From positions 60,496 to 124,495 of the forward strand of contig CBDDMJ010000009.1 of NCBI GenBank assembly GCA_965231175.1: 64,000 nucleotides of DNA. Reading direction: 5' to 3'. Shown piece after piece: positions 28,351 to 39,357 of this stretch; within the stretch, counting starts at the first letter, position 1, and each line of letters begins with the position of its first letter. The position numbers were made by a program, and so were the translations under genes. The stretch comes from Acetobacteraceae bacterium (lineage in GTDB: Bacteria; Pseudomonadota; Alphaproteobacteria; Acetobacterales; Acetobacteraceae). Below the pieces are notes generated by a model. It was not told the origin of the DNA. It did not search any database and worked only from the letters and a program-made list of their open reading frames with translations.

Positions 28351-28444
28351 TTTTGACCATGCGGCGGGGGGATGGGAAAGGCGTGATAAGCCGGGCTATT
28401 GCAACTCTCGAATCCGACGAAAATGCAATGATCGCAAAAAATGG

Positions 28445-28565
28445 TTGATCTTCTCAAAAAAAGCAAAAAACTTCATGAGTCTGGGCCTTCGATCAAACGC
28501 CTCGGGCCGTGCATAAATTTCTCTGATGGTTCCAGGCTGTCCGCTTTACGCCCAGCCCCTTAAGT
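28445..28565. repeat. degenerate MITE/REP-like element, copy E7
   Basis: AAAAAAGCAAAAAACTTCATGAGTCTGGGCC..AAACGCCTCGGGCCGTGCATAAATTT retains internal modules. Both terminal hairpins are eroded. Confidence 0.5.
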
Positions 28566-28589
28566 TTTATTAACAATAAATTGGTTTCG

Positions 28590-29879
28590 TTAGTCGGCGA
28601 ACGGGTCCTGCATCAGGATCGTATCGTCGCGTTCCGGGCTGGTGGACAGCAGCGTGACCGGGGCTTCCACCAGTTCCTCGATGCGTTTGACGTATTTGAT
28701 GGCCGGCGCCGGCAGGTCCGCCCAGCTGCGGGCGCCGCGGGTTGAGCCGGACCAGCCTTCCATCACCTCGTAGACTGGTTTGGCGGCGGCCTGGGCGGCC
28801 ATGCCGGCCGGCAGATGGGTGTAGCGCTTGCCTTTGATCTCGAAGCCGACGCCGACTTTGAGTTCGGTCATGCCGTCCAGCACGTCGAGCTTGGTGAGTG
28901 CGAGGCCGTTGATGCCGCCGACCTTGACCGCCTGGCGGACCAGGGCGGCGTCGAACCAGCCGCAGCGGCGTTTGCGCCCGGTGACGGTGCCGAATTCATG
29001 GCCGCGTTCGCCGAGCATACGCCCGGTATCGTCGAATAATTCGGTCGGGAACGGCCCGGACCCGACGCGGGTGCAATAGGCTTTGGCGATGCCCAGCACC
29101 CGCCCGACGGCATCCGGCCCGACGCCGGCGCCGGCGGCGGCGGTGCCTGCCACGGTGTTGGAGGAGGTGACGAACGGGTAGGTGCCGTGATCCACATCCA
29201 GCATCACCGCCTGCGCGCCTTCGAACAATATCCGCGCGCCGGCTTTGCGGGCGGCCGACAGCCGCTCCCATACCGGCTCGGCGAACGGCAGCAATTGCGG
29301 CGCCAGCGCCAGCAGGTCGCGCAGCAGATCCGCCTTGTCGAATACCGGCGCGCCGAGGCCGGCGAGCAGCGTATTGTGATGCAGCAGCAATTCGTCGAGC
29401 TTGGCGGTCAGCGTTTCCGGCTCGGCGAGGTCGCAGACGCGGATCGCGCGCCTGGCCACCTTGTCCTCATAGGCCGGGCCGATGCCGCGCCCGGTGGTGC
29501 CGATTTTATGCTCGCCGCGCGCGGCCTCGCGGGCGGAATCCAGGGCCGCATGCAGCGGCAGGATCAGCGGGGCGTTATCGGCGATCCGCAGGGTTTCCGG
29601 CGTTATGTGCAGGCCCTGCGCCTGCACGCGGGCGATCTCCGCCAGCAGCGCCACCGGGTCTATCACCACGCCGTTGCCGATGATGCCGAGCTTGCCGCGC
29701 ACCAGGCCGGAGGGCAGCAGCGAGAGTTTATAGGTCTGGTTGCCCACCACCAAAGTGTGCCCGGCATTATGGCCGCCCTGGAAGCGCACCACGATATCGG
29801 CCCGGCTGGCCAGCCAATCGACCACCTTGCCTTTGCCCTCATCGCCCCATTGCGCGCCGATAATGGTGACATTGCTCAT
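28590..29879 (-). CDS. purA: adenylosuccinate synthase
   Basis: [21 protein letters not shown]..., 429 aa. The ATG at 29879-29877 overlaps the hisZ TGA (ATGA). The 94-aa N-terminal extension in the ORF track is not PurA-like. Confidence 0.9.
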   Translation of the reverse strand: MSNVTIIGAQWGDEGKGKVVDWLASRADIVVRFQGGHNAGHTLVVGNQTYKLSLLPSGLVRGKLGIIGNGVVIDPVALLAEIARVQAQGLHITPETLRIADNAPLILPLHAALDSAREAARGEHKIGTTGRGIGPAYEDKVARRAIRVCDLAEPETLTAKLDELLLHHNTLLAGLGAPVFDKADLLRDLLALAPQLLPFAEPVWERLSAARKAGARILFEGAQAVMLDVDHGTYPFVTSSNTVAGTAAAGAGVGPDAVGRVLGIAKAYCTRVGSGPFPTELFDDTGRMLGERGHEFGTVTGRKRRCGWFDAALVRQAVKVGGINGLALTKLDVLDGMTELKVGVGFEIKGKRYTHLPAGMAAQAAAKPVYEVMEGWSGSTRGARSWADLPAPAIKYVKRIEELVEAPVTLLSTSPERDDTILMQDPFAD

Positions 29880-31030
29880 GAGGAAGGCGCCTCCAGCGCC
29901 GTTGGGTAAGGCGCCTCCAGCGCCAGAGGTTGGTGGTTCTGATAGATGAAACCGCAGGCCTGGCGGCGCGCTTCGGCCGCATCGTCCGTGGTGCCGAGGC
30001 TGGAGACGGTGGCGTAACCCTCGGCCCGCAGCCGTGCCGCGTCTGCCGCCGGGGTGCCGTGCGGCAGAAAAATCCTTGCCCGCAAGACCGGCGGCGGCGC
30101 GACTTTGACGATCGTATCGGGGTACAAGGTAATTCCCGTTGCCGGTTCGCTGTCCCCGCACAAATATCGCCCGCCCTGCCCGAGCTCGGCCGGCTCGCCC
30201 AAAGCATACACCGTGAAGCAGATGCCGGTGTGGTATTGGTAGCCGCGAAATTCCACCGGGTCGACCGTGAGCATGAGGTCCGGATGGCGCGCCTGCACCG
30301 CCGTTACCGCCGCTGCCAGCCGCGCCGCATGGGCTTGTGCTGCCGCCGGCAGCGGGATGGCGAGCAGAGCCGGGATGGCGCGCGGCGCCGGGCCGCAGGC
30401 TTGCAGCAAGGCCAGCAGCACGGGCGTGAGCGCGCCGCCCAGCTGTGCCACCGCGGCGTGGTCCTTACGGTCCAGCGCGCGCGCCAGCTCCGGCTGGTCG
30501 CCGAGCAGCGGGCGCACCAGCGCCGGCAAAGTGAGATCGAAGCTTATTTGCGTCAGGCCGATCGCCGCCAATGCGGCGGCGGCGGTGAGGATGATCTCCG
30601 CATCGGCCGCCGCAGTATCATGGCCGATCAGCTCGATGCCGGCCTGGGCGATCTGCCGTTCCGGTTGCAGCTGCGAGCCGCTGATGCGCAGACATTGCCC
30701 GGCATAGGCCAGGCGCAGCGGGCGCGGGGCCGCACCCAGGCGGGTGACGGCGAGGCGGGCGATCTGCGGGGTGGTGTCGGCGCGCACGCCCATCATCCGC
30801 TGGCTCGCCGGGTCCATCAGGCGGAAGGTCTGTTCCGCGGTGGCCGCACCGGAGCCGGCAAACAGGCTGTCCTCGAATTCCAGCAGCGGCGGTTTGACGC
30901 GTTGATAGCCGTGCGCGGCAAAGCAATCCATGATGGCCTCGACCGAACGCGCCTCGATTTCAGCCTCCGGCGGCAGAACATCGCGCAGGCCGGCGGGCAG
31001 CAAGGCGGGATGAAGGCGGGGCTCGTTCAT
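29876..31030 (-). CDS. hisZ: ATP phosphoribosyltransferase regulatory subunit
   Basis: 384 aa. [13 protein letters not shown]...[13 protein letters not shown]...FRLMDP gives a HisS-like fold without an anticodon domain. Confidence 0.85.
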   Translation of the reverse strand: MNEPRLHPALLPAGLRDVLPPEAEIEARSVEAIMDCFAAHGYQRVKPPLLEFEDSLFAGSGAATAEQTFRLMDPASQRMMGVRADTTPQIARLAVTRLGAAPRPLRLAYAGQCLRISGSQLQPERQIAQAGIELIGHDTAAADAEIILTAAAALAAIGLTQISFDLTLPALVRPLLGDQPELARALDRKDHAAVAQLGGALTPVLLALLQACGPAPRAIPALLAIPLPAAAQAHAARLAAAVTAVQARHPDLMLTVDPVEFRGYQYHTGICFTVYALGEPAELGQGGRYLCGDSEPATGITLYPDTIVKVAPPPVLRARIFLPHGTPAADAARLRAEGYATVSSLGTTDDAAEARRQACGFIYQNHQPLALEAPYPTALEAPSS

Positions 31031-31128
31031 GGAACCGGCGCTATAGCATCCGCAACGGACATTACAAATTGCCAGAGACGTTACGCCTATGCTTCGATGG
31101 ACTGCAACCTTACCTTGTGGCCGGGCCG

Positions 31129-32532
31129 ATGCTGTTCAATTCAATCCCCTTTGTGCTTGGCTTCCTGCCCGTCACGCTGGCCGGCTATTGGCTGAGCGGG
31201 CGCTGGGGCAGCAAACCGGCGCGGTGGTGGCTGCTGGCGGCGAGCCTGTTTTTCTATGGCTGGTGGAAACCGGCGCTGTTGCTGCTGCTGATCGGCTCGA
31301 TATTAGTGAATTTTCAGGCCGCAGCGCTGATCCGCCGCTGGGGCAAGCGGTTTCTGGTTATCGGGCTGGGATTCAACCTCGGGCTGCTCGGGCTGTTCAA
31401 ATATGCGCCGTTATTCGGCATGACCGGGATATTTCTGCCGCTCGGGATCAGTTTTTTCAGCTTCCAGCAGATCATGTATCTGGTGGATACCTATCGTGGC
31501 GAGATCGGCGCCGCGGCGTTCCTCGACTATGCGTGTTTCGTGGCATTTTTCCCGCATCTGATCGCCGGGCCGATCGTGCGGCCGCGCGAGATGATACCGC
31601 AGTTCAAGGCCTTGAGGCCGCAGGTGATGCTGGCGGCGGGGCTGGAGATTTTTTTGCTCGGCCTCGCCAAGAAGCTGGTGCTGGCGGATAGTTTCGCCCA
31701 CTTTGCCGACCCCGGTTTCGCCGCCGCCGGCCAGCGGCTGCCGGTGACGCTGATCGAGGCCTGGGTGGCGCTGCTGGCTTACGGGCTGCAGATCTATTTC
31801 GATTTCTCCGGCTATTCGGACATGGCGATCGGGCTGGCGGCGATGGTCGGTATCCGCTTTCCGCTCAATTTCAACAGCCCCTATCAGGCCCGCAACATCA
31901 GCGATTTCTGGCGGCGCTGGAATATCACGCTCAGCGGGTTCTTGCGCGACTATCTGTATATTCCGCTCGGCGGCAACCGGCATGGCGAGGCGAGACGGAT
32001 TTTCAACCTGATGGCGACCATGCTGCTGGGCGGGCTGTGGCATGGCGCGGCCGTGCGCTTCATGCTCTGGGGCGGGCTGCATGGTGCTTATCTGGTGCTG
32101 CATGGCTGGTGGCGGCGGACCGGGCTGCCGATGCCGAAATTTCTGGCCCAGGCGCTGACGCTGAGCGCGGTGCTGCTGGCCTGGGTGCCGTTCCGGGCGC
32201 CGAGCTTTGCGGCGGCAGCGGATTTCTACAAAGGCCTGGGCGGGTTCAACGGGATCGCCTTGCCGGAGATTGTCTTGCATTTGGCACCAGCGCTGCGGCA
32301 TGTGGTGACGGCGGTGCCGGTGCTGCCGTATCTGGGCGATGCACGAAGCCTGAGCCTGCCGCAGGGGGTTTTGCTGCTGCTGTTGGGCTGGAGCATCGCC
32401 TTGCTGCTGCCTGAACTGCACAGCATGACCAAACCACGGCGCAATGCGGCGGTGGTGGCGAGTTTTGCTCTGACCGTGCAGGCGCTGTTTTTTGCGCCCT
32501 ACACGATACCGTTTCTGTATTTCCAGTTTTGA
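31129..32532 (+). CDS. MBOAT family O-acyltransferase (AlgI/DltB-like)
   Basis: MLFNSIPFVLGFLPVTL... with FFPHLIAGPI, NISDFWRRWNITL and GGLWHG (the conserved MBOAT His). Confidence 0.85.
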   Translation: MLFNSIPFVLGFLPVTLAGYWLSGRWGSKPARWWLLAASLFFYGWWKPALLLLLIGSILVNFQAAALIRRWGKRFLVIGLGFNLGLLGLFKYAPLFGMTGIFLPLGISFFSFQQIMYLVDTYRGEIGAAAFLDYACFVAFFPHLIAGPIVRPREMIPQFKALRPQVMLAAGLEIFLLGLAKKLVLADSFAHFADPGFAAAGQRLPVTLIEAWVALLAYGLQIYFDFSGYSDMAIGLAAMVGIRFPLNFNSPYQARNISDFWRRWNITLSGFLRDYLYIPLGGNRHGEARRIFNLMATMLLGGLWHGAAVRFMLWGGLHGAYLVLHGWWRRTGLPMPKFLAQALTLSAVLLAWVPFRAPSFAAAADFYKGLGGFNGIALPEIVLHLAPALRHVVTAVPVLPYLGDARSLSLPQGVLLLLLGWSIALLLPELHSMTKPRRNAAVVASFALTVQALFFAPYTIPFLYFQF

Positions 32533-33515
32533 AACGCCTGACGATCCTGGCGGTCTGCTCGTTCCTGCTGTATGGCATGGTGTTCGGATTTATCCTGGAC
32601 CGGCCATTGTCTTTAGGATTATTGCAGCTCGAGATGCAGCAGAAAACGGCGCGGCTGGCGCGGCTGCCGGCGCGCAAACTGGTGATCCTCGCCGGCTCGA
32701 ACGGGCCGTACTCGCATTCATGCCAGGTGATCGGCGCCATGCTGAGCCTGGCCTGCGAAAACGCCGGGATCGCCGTCGGCATCGGGCTCGACGATATCTT
32801 CATGCAATATGCTTCGTATTTGCATAAAGGCGATATCGTCTACATGCCGATGGAGACCGCGCAATATGTCACGACCCGGGCGCAGAACCGCAGCGATGCG
32901 GATGGCGGCATATTGCTGCGCTACGACCGCGCCCGGTTGATGCAGCTGCCGCCGGACCGCAGCATCGGCGCGCTGTTCTGCTGCAATCTCAGCGATTTTC
33001 TGGAATCCCTGGCCGAGATGCCGATCGCGCAGGCAGGGTTGATCAAACCCCAGGCCTTGCTTGCCACGGAGTATAACGAAGAGGGCGATCGCATCGGCGC
33101 CGTGTTGGCGAGTGCCGATAAATCATTGCTCAACCGGCCGGCGCGTCCGGCACCGGATGCCAAAGCCATTACCGCCGGCTATGGCGCCCAGCTGATCGCC
33201 GCCTTCGTGGCAAGCGAAACCGCGCGCGGCGTTATCGTCATCGGCGGCCTGCCGACCGATTTCACCGACGCCGCCCTACCGCCGCAAACCATCCAGGCCA
33301 TCAGTGATATCTACACAAAAAACGGCGGCAGATTCATGGTACTGGCAAATCACAGCCATTATCCGCGCGAAGATTTCTACGACAGCGAGGATCATCTGGC
33401 GCAGCCTTATCAATATATACATTCGGTGGCGGTGGCGAACATGTTGAAGCAAGCAGTTCTTTTTGTGAAAAAAAAGAACCAAAAAAACTTTGCCATGCTG
33501 GGGCATGGGACGTGA
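32529..33515 (+). CDS. hypothetical membrane-anchored protein coupled to the MBOAT gene
   Basis: The TTG start overlaps the MBOAT TGA (TTGA). It has an N-terminal TM helix MKRLTILAVCSFLLYGMVFGFIL. The last ~22 codons (KQAVLFVKKKNQKNFAMLGHGT*) are encoded by repeat copy E8. Confidence 0.5.
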   Translation: MKRLTILAVCSFLLYGMVFGFILDRPLSLGLLQLEMQQKTARLARLPARKLVILAGSNGPYSHSCQVIGAMLSLACENAGIAVGIGLDDIFMQYASYLHKGDIVYMPMETAQYVTTRAQNRSDADGGILLRYDRARLMQLPPDRSIGALFCCNLSDFLESLAEMPIAQAGLIKPQALLATEYNEEGDRIGAVLASADKSLLNRPARPAPDAKAITAGYGAQLIAAFVASETARGVIVIGGLPTDFTDAALPPQTIQAISDIYTKNGGRFMVLANHSHYPREDFYDSEDHLAQPYQYIHSVAVANMLKQAVLFVKKKNQKNFAMLGHGT

Positions 33516-33645
33516 TGATGACAGCGCCTCCGGACCCAGAATAAAATTTATGCTGGGCCATGGGCGTTTGGTTGCTAACGCCCATGGCCCAGACTCATAA
33601 AGTTTTTTTGCTTCTTTTTGTTCACAAAAAGAAGATACTTCCTCC
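33446..33645. repeat. MITE/REP-like element, copy E8 (long form)
   Basis: GAAGCAAGCA + GTTCTTTTT../..AAAAGAAC hairpin, CCCAGAATAAAATTTATGCTGGG palindrome, GGGCGTTTGGTTGCTAACGCCC hairpin, GGCCCAGACTCATAAAGTTTTTTTG + CTTCTTTTTGT/ACAAAAAGAAG. Confidence 0.8.
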
Positions 33646-33652
33646 CCCCTAT

Positions 33653-35065
33653 TTAATACTCCTCATCAGCCACATAGCTGCCGATCCGTTGCACCAGGTC
33701 GGGTGAGCGGTTGGACAGGATGGCGCCGTAGATGAGGGACAGGATGAGCAGGCCGAGGGCGAGGTAGGGGTAGAGGTTGAACGGGTAGGGTTGGCCGGGT
33801 TCGACCAGGCCCCAGAGCGGGAACAGCATGAGGGCAGTGCCGAGCAGGGGGATGATGAGGTGTTTGACGGCGCTGAAATCGGTGCGGTGGTGTTTCAGCA
33901 TATAGACCGGCAAAGCGAGGTTGGTGAGCAGATAGGTGATGATGATCGGGATGGTGCCGAGGGTGCCGGTTTCGCCGAACAGGGTGACCGGGTCGGTATT
34001 CCAGCCGAACACGATGACGATGGCGAAGGCGACCAGGATGTAGGTCCACATCGCGGTGTAAGGGGTTTTGTGCTGCGGGTGGATTTTGCCGAAGAATACC
34101 GGCAGCAGGCCCTCGCGGCTGGAGCTGAACAGGATGCGCGCCTGGGCGTTGGTGAGGCCGATCAGCGAGGAGAAGATGCTGGTGACACCCGCAAGATAAG
34201 CGACGATGAGCAGGAAGGCGGCAGAGGCCTTGAAGGCATCAACGAAGGGGATGGCGGAGCTGCCGATGGCTTTGGCATCGTTATGGAAGGCGGTTTCGGT
34301 GGCGAAGGCGAGGAAGATGTAGAGGATGCCGATGGCGACCGTGCCGGTGATGAGGGCGCGCGGCACGTTACGGCGGGGGTTGGTGGTTTCCTCCGCCAGC
34401 ATCGCGGAGTTTTCCCAGCCGATGAACAGATAAATGGCGAGCGGAAAGCCGAGGCCGATGCCGGCGAGGCCGCCGGAGATGCTGGAGGGCATCAGCGGGA
34501 CCCAGCTGATGGTATGGCGATTTACCACCAGCATGATGATGGCGCCGATCAGCAGCAGGATCAGCTCAAAATAAAAGAAGATCGCCGCCCAGGTGGTGGA
34601 CAGGCTGATGCCGCGCGATACCAGCAGGCCGACGATGGCGGTGCAGATCAGGCTTAGAAGCTGCCAGGGCACGTTAATGTGCAGGAACAGTTGCAAAGTA
34701 CTGTGCGCCCAGCCGCCGGCAATGACGACCACCGACGATGCCGCGATGCAATACCCCACCACCACAAATATGGAAGCCGCCGCCCCCGCCACCGGCCCGA
34801 ACGCCATGCCGATGAACGTGACGAAAGAGCCGGTGCTGGGACGATATTTTGAAAACTCCGCCAGCGTATTGGTGAGAAACAAGATCACCACCATGGCAAC
34901 CAATATCGTCAGCGGCGCGCCAACGCCGGCACCCGACACGATCAGCCCGAAACCGAAAAAGAAACTCATCGCCGGCGCAATGTTCGCCAGCGTGGACGCA
35001 ATGATCTGTGAAAGCCCGAGCGAATTCTTCTGCAACCGATGACCGGTTAACGCCGCTGATGCCAT
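33653..35065 (-). CDS. APC superfamily amino acid/polyamine permease
   Basis: 470 aa with ~12 TM helices and typical APC N-terminal blocks (IASTLANIAPAMSFFF). Confidence 0.85.
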   Translation of the reverse strand: MASAALTGHRLQKNSLGLSQIIASTLANIAPAMSFFFGFGLIVSGAGVGAPLTILVAMVVILFLTNTLAEFSKYRPSTGSFVTFIGMAFGPVAGAAASIFVVVGYCIAASSVVVIAGGWAHSTLQLFLHINVPWQLLSLICTAIVGLLVSRGISLSTTWAAIFFYFELILLLIGAIIMLVVNRHTISWVPLMPSSISGGLAGIGLGFPLAIYLFIGWENSAMLAEETTNPRRNVPRALITGTVAIGILYIFLAFATETAFHNDAKAIGSSAIPFVDAFKASAAFLLIVAYLAGVTSIFSSLIGLTNAQARILFSSSREGLLPVFFGKIHPQHKTPYTAMWTYILVAFAIVIVFGWNTDPVTLFGETGTLGTIPIIITYLLTNLALPVYMLKHHRTDFSAVKHLIIPLLGTALMLFPLWGLVEPGQPYPFNLYPYLALGLLILSLIYGAILSNRSPDLVQRIGSYVADEEY

Positions 35066-35094
35066 GGTATCCTCCTGTTGGTTTTATTTATTTT

Positions 35095-35241
35095 AAGGAA
35101 GTAAGCGCTTCTTTTTTGAAAAAAAGAAGCAAAAAACTTTTACTCCTTGGGGACATGGGTTGTGATGTCGACAACGCCTCCGCCCCAGACTCATAAAGTT
35201 TTTTTGCTTCTTTTTGTTCACAAAAAGAAGTGCTTCCTTTC
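35095..35241. repeat. MITE/REP-like element, copy E9 (short form)
   Basis: AAGGAAGTAAGCG + CTTCTTTTTT/AAAAAAGAAG + CAAAAAACTTTT ... CCCCAGACTCATAAAGTTTTTTTG + CTTCTTTTTGT/ACAAAAAGAAG + TGCTTCCTTT. Confidence 0.8.
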
Positions 35242-35244
35242 TCT

Positions 35245-35883
35245 TTACTTAACGCTGAATTCCGCCTCGGTCCGCGCGCGGATGTCTTCGATGGTGACGT
35301 CCGGGGCGTGGTCGATCAGGGTTAGCATCGGGGTTTTTGCGGGGTCGATTTCAAACACGCCGAGGTCGGTGATGACGAGGTCGACGACGCCGGCGCCGGT
35401 GAGTGGCAGGGTGCATTGTTTCAGCAGTTTGGGTTTATCGCCGGCGGTATGTTCCATCAGGACCACCACGCGCGGCACGCCGGCGACCAGGTCCATGGCG
35501 CCGCCCATGCCTTTAACCATTTTGCCGGGGATCATCCAGTTGGCGAGGTCGCCGTTTTCGGCGACTTGCAGGGCGCCGAGGATGGAAATGTCGATATGGC
35601 CGCCGCGGATCATGGCGAAGCTGGCGGCGCTGTCGAAGAAGCTGGTGGTGGGGATTTGCGTGACGGTTTGTTTGCCGGCGTTGATGAGGTCGGCGTCTTC
35701 TTCGCCTTCATAGGGGAAGGGGCCCATGCCGAGCATGCCGTTTTCGCTTTGCAGCTGGATGGAGACGCCTTCGGGGATGTGGTTGGCGACCAGTGTGGGG
35801 ATGCCGATGCCGAGATTGACGTAGAAGCCGTCCTTAAGTTCGGCGGCGGCGCGGGCTGCCATTTCGTCTCTGGTCCATGGCAT
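35245..35883 (-). CDS. scoB: 3-oxoacid CoA-transferase subunit B
   Basis: 212 aa with the [12 protein letters not shown] active-site Glu block. Confidence 0.9.
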   Translation of the reverse strand: MPWTRDEMAARAAAELKDGFYVNLGIGIPTLVANHIPEGVSIQLQSENGMLGMGPFPYEGEEDADLINAGKQTVTQIPTTSFFDSAASFAMIRGGHIDISILGALQVAENGDLANWMIPGKMVKGMGGAMDLVAGVPRVVVLMEHTAGDKPKLLKQCTLPLTGAGVVDLVITDLGVFEIDPAKTPMLTLIDHAPDVTIEDIRARTEAEFSVK

Positions 35884-35885
35884 GG

Positions 35886-36608
35886 TTATGCGGCCTTTTT
35901 GCGGGTGGTGCGTTGTTCGATGCGCTTGTCGAGCTGGTCCAGCTTGATCAGGCGTTTGACGAAGATGCCGGGGGTGATGATGTGGTCGGGGTCGAGCGCG
36001 CCGGGTTCGACCAGAAGTTCGACTTCGGCGACCGTGATTTTGGCGGCGGTGGCCATCATCGGGTTAAAGTTGCGGGCGGTTTTACGGTATACGAGGTTGC
36101 CTTCCGGGTCGGCTTTCCAGGCGTGGATGACGGCGAGGTCGGCGAACAGGCCGCGTTCCATGATGTAGTTGCGGCCGTCGAATGTGCGGGTTTCCTTGCC
36201 TTCGGCGATTTGGGTGCCGGCGCCGGTGGCGGTGAAGAAGGCGGGGATGCCGGCGCCGCCGGCGCGGATGCGTTCGGCCAGCGTGCCTTGCGGGTTGAAT
36301 TCGATTTCGAGTTCGCCGGCGAGGAATTGTTTGGCGAAGGTGGCGTTTTCGCCGACATAGGAGGAGATCATTTTTTTGATCTGCCTGGTTTCCAGCAGCA
36401 TGCCGAGGCCGACGCCGTCGATGCCGGCATTGTTGGAGATGATGGTGAGGTTTTTGACACCGGAGTCGCGTATGGCGGCGATCAGGGTGCCGGGAATGCC
36501 GCACAGGCCGAAGCCCCCGGACATGATGGTCATGCCGTCGTGCAGCAGGCCGGCGAGGGCGGCGGTGGCGTTGGCGTGGAGCTTGCCGTGGGTTTTGCTG
36601 AGACTCAT
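35886..36608 (-). CDS. scoA: 3-oxoacid CoA-transferase subunit A
   Basis: The start was chosen at [10 protein letters not shown]... It has [15 protein letters not shown] and [10 protein letters not shown] blocks. Confidence 0.9.
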   Translation of the reverse strand: MSLSKTHGKLHANATAALAGLLHDGMTIMSGGFGLCGIPGTLIAAIRDSGVKNLTIISNNAGIDGVGLGMLLETRQIKKMISSYVGENATFAKQFLAGELEIEFNPQGTLAERIRAGGAGIPAFFTATGAGTQIAEGKETRTFDGRNYIMERGLFADLAVIHAWKADPEGNLVYRKTARNFNPMMATAAKITVAEVELLVEPGALDPDHIITPGIFVKRLIKLDQLDKRIEQRTTRKKAA

Positions 36609-36610
36609 GT

Positions 36611-37783
<1,173 letters not shown>

Positions 37784-37813
37784 GGTGGGGACCTTTTTAT
37801 GGATATTGCCTGA

Positions 37814-38983
37814 CTATAGGCTCTGCACCCATGCAGTGAAAGGCTCCCACAAGGCGTGCTCCGCATTGGTGCCGGCGATCATGCCGATATGTCCGGCGGC
37901 CGGTTCCACGATGACGGGGCTGGCGAAAGCCGCGGCGAGCGGGCGTGCCGAAGCCGGTGGCACCAGGCGGTCGCGGGCGGGGATGGCGCAGAATACCGGA
38001 CCTTTGAAGGTTGCCGGATCGACCGCCAGACCGGCGACGCGCCAGCTGCGCAGGGCTGGAGTATTGCCGCCATACCAGCCGCCGAGGGTCTCGCGCGCGG
38101 TGGGGGCGGCCAGCGGCACCCCGTCTGCCAGCCAGTCCTCCATGGCGACGAAGCGCAAGGCGCGCGCGCTGGTTTTGTCCTGGCCTGCGAAATCCCGGTA
38201 TTTTTCGCCGACACCCTGCGGGTCGATCATAGTGAACAAGGTTTGCAGGGCATCGATCGGCAGGGTGCCGGAGAGGTTCATCAGCGGTTCCATCAGGCGG
38301 ATCGTTTCGCTGAGTTTTTTGGCCTGGTCCGCGTCTGCGGCGTGAAAATCCCAGGGGGTGGCCAGCAGGGCCAGAGCCCGCACCCGGGCCGGCAGGCGGA
38401 GAGCCGCCGCCATCGCCAGCAGGCCGCCCATGCAGTAGCCGGCGAGTATCACCGGGCCGGGGGCCGCCAGGATGGCGCGCTCCAGGCGCCCGGCAATGTA
38501 GTCGGTCAGTGTGAATTGCCGTTCGACCTCGCCGGGCCAGCCCCAATCCAGCAGCAGCGGGCGGCAGCCGCGGCTTGCCAGCCAGCGCATCATCGAGGCC
38601 TCCGGCATCAGATCCAGTATATAGGCGCGGTTGACCAGGCTCGGGACGAACAGGACGAGGGCGCCGCTGCCGCCGTAATCCAGCAGCCTGGTCTCGCCTT
38701 CCTGCCAGAGCACCGGCGGGTCGCATAAACTGCGGCTGTAGGCCGAGCCGCGATAGGCGGCGATGCCGGCCACCAGCGCGCTATCGTGCCGGGCGGCGGC
38801 GGCGAAGCTGGCGGCCAGCGTATCGGGGTCAGTCCGGCCGTTCAAACCTTGCCAGACGTTGTTCCAGTTCGGCGATCCGCTGGCTGAGCTGGCGGATTTC
38901 ATCCAGGCCAGACTCAGATGCAGCAGCAGCGGCCGCGGGCCCCGGCGGCTGAGCGGGGCCGGCTGTTCGGGCCGCTGGATCAT
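37814..38983 (-). CDS. PhaC-like alpha/beta hydrolase (short, class III-like PHA synthase family)
   Basis: 389 aa with GPRPLLLHL N-terminal block, VPSLVNRAYILDL and lipase-box-like GYCMGG. It sits beside the thiolase and phaR. Confidence 0.7.
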   Translation of the reverse strand: MIQRPEQPAPLSRRGPRPLLLHLSLAWMKSASSASGSPNWNNVWQGLNGRTDPDTLAASFAAAARHDSALVAGIAAYRGSAYSRSLCDPPVLWQEGETRLLDYGGSGALVLFVPSLVNRAYILDLMPEASMMRWLASRGCRPLLLDWGWPGEVERQFTLTDYIAGRLERAILAAPGPVILAGYCMGGLLAMAAALRLPARVRALALLATPWDFHAADADQAKKLSETIRLMEPLMNLSGTLPIDALQTLFTMIDPQGVGEKYRDFAGQDKTSARALRFVAMEDWLADGVPLAAPTARETLGGWYGGNTPALRSWRVAGLAVDPATFKGPVFCAIPARDRLVPPASARPLAAAFASPVIVEPAAGHIGMIAGTNAEHALWEPFTAWVQSL

Positions 38984-39173
38984 GCGGCTTCAGCAGGTCG
39001 AGCGCCGTGGTGGCGGCCTGGGTCCAGGCTGCAAACAAGGTGGCCCAGCCTTCGCGCAGTTCGCGGTCCGCGGCCATCGCCGTCAGCTCGCTCTGCCACA
39101 GCACCAGCCAGTCGCGGCTTTGCGTATCCAGCCGGGCCGCGTGATTTTTGCCGGAGGTCGAAACATCGCCCAT
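38829..39173 (-). CDS. possible small coiled-coil protein upstream of the PhaC-like gene (uncertain)
   Basis: 114-aa ORF ending LDEIRQLSQRIAELEQRLARFERPD*. It overlaps the annotated N-terminus of the PhaC-like ORF by ~155 nt in another frame, so one of the two models must be wrong in that stretch. Confidence 0.35.
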   Translation of the reverse strand: MGDVSTSGKNHAARLDTQSRDWLVLWQSELTAMAADRELREGWATLFAAWTQAATTALDLLKPHDPAARTAGPAQPPGPAAAAAASESGLDEIRQLSQRIAELEQRLARFERPD

Positions 39174-39357
39174 GCCGCGTTTTGGCCCTTGTTGTCATTT
39201 TGTTGTCATCTGGCAATTGCTTGTACCGTACAACCCTGAATACTGGCTATATCCAGATTCAACCCCTGCTGATGGGCCCCTGCTGAAAGGTATGGTTGCA
39301 CCGCACAATCTCTTGTGTGATCGTAGCGGAAAATTGGCCTCAATAGCCTGGAAGCGC

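Noticed and set aside
28405-28430. tRNA T-arm-like string (CTCGAATCCGAC) and other searches for tRNA/rRNA/tmRNA signatures
   Set aside because: No acceptor or anticodon stems can be built around it. I recognised no tRNA, rRNA or other structured RNA gene in the window.
28590-30161. A 94-aa N-terminal extension of purA in the ORF track. Similar extensions occur on purM, scoA, the response regulator, wzm, wzt, gloB, phaR and FKBP.
   Set aside because: The extensions overlap upstream genes or repeats and lack family-like sequence. Canonical N-termini start at internal ATGs, often with an RBS or an ATGA overlap.
39290-39310. TGC-N3-GCA motif (TTGCACCGCACAA), ~55 nt upstream of phaR, as a possible PhaR autoregulatory operator. 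There is also a direct repeat TTGTTGTCAT x2 at ~39186-39210.
   Set aside because: A 6-nt-specified motif is expected many times by chance in 64 kb of GC-rich DNA, and I cannot show enrichment or conservation. It is worth a footprinting test only if the locus is studied anyway.
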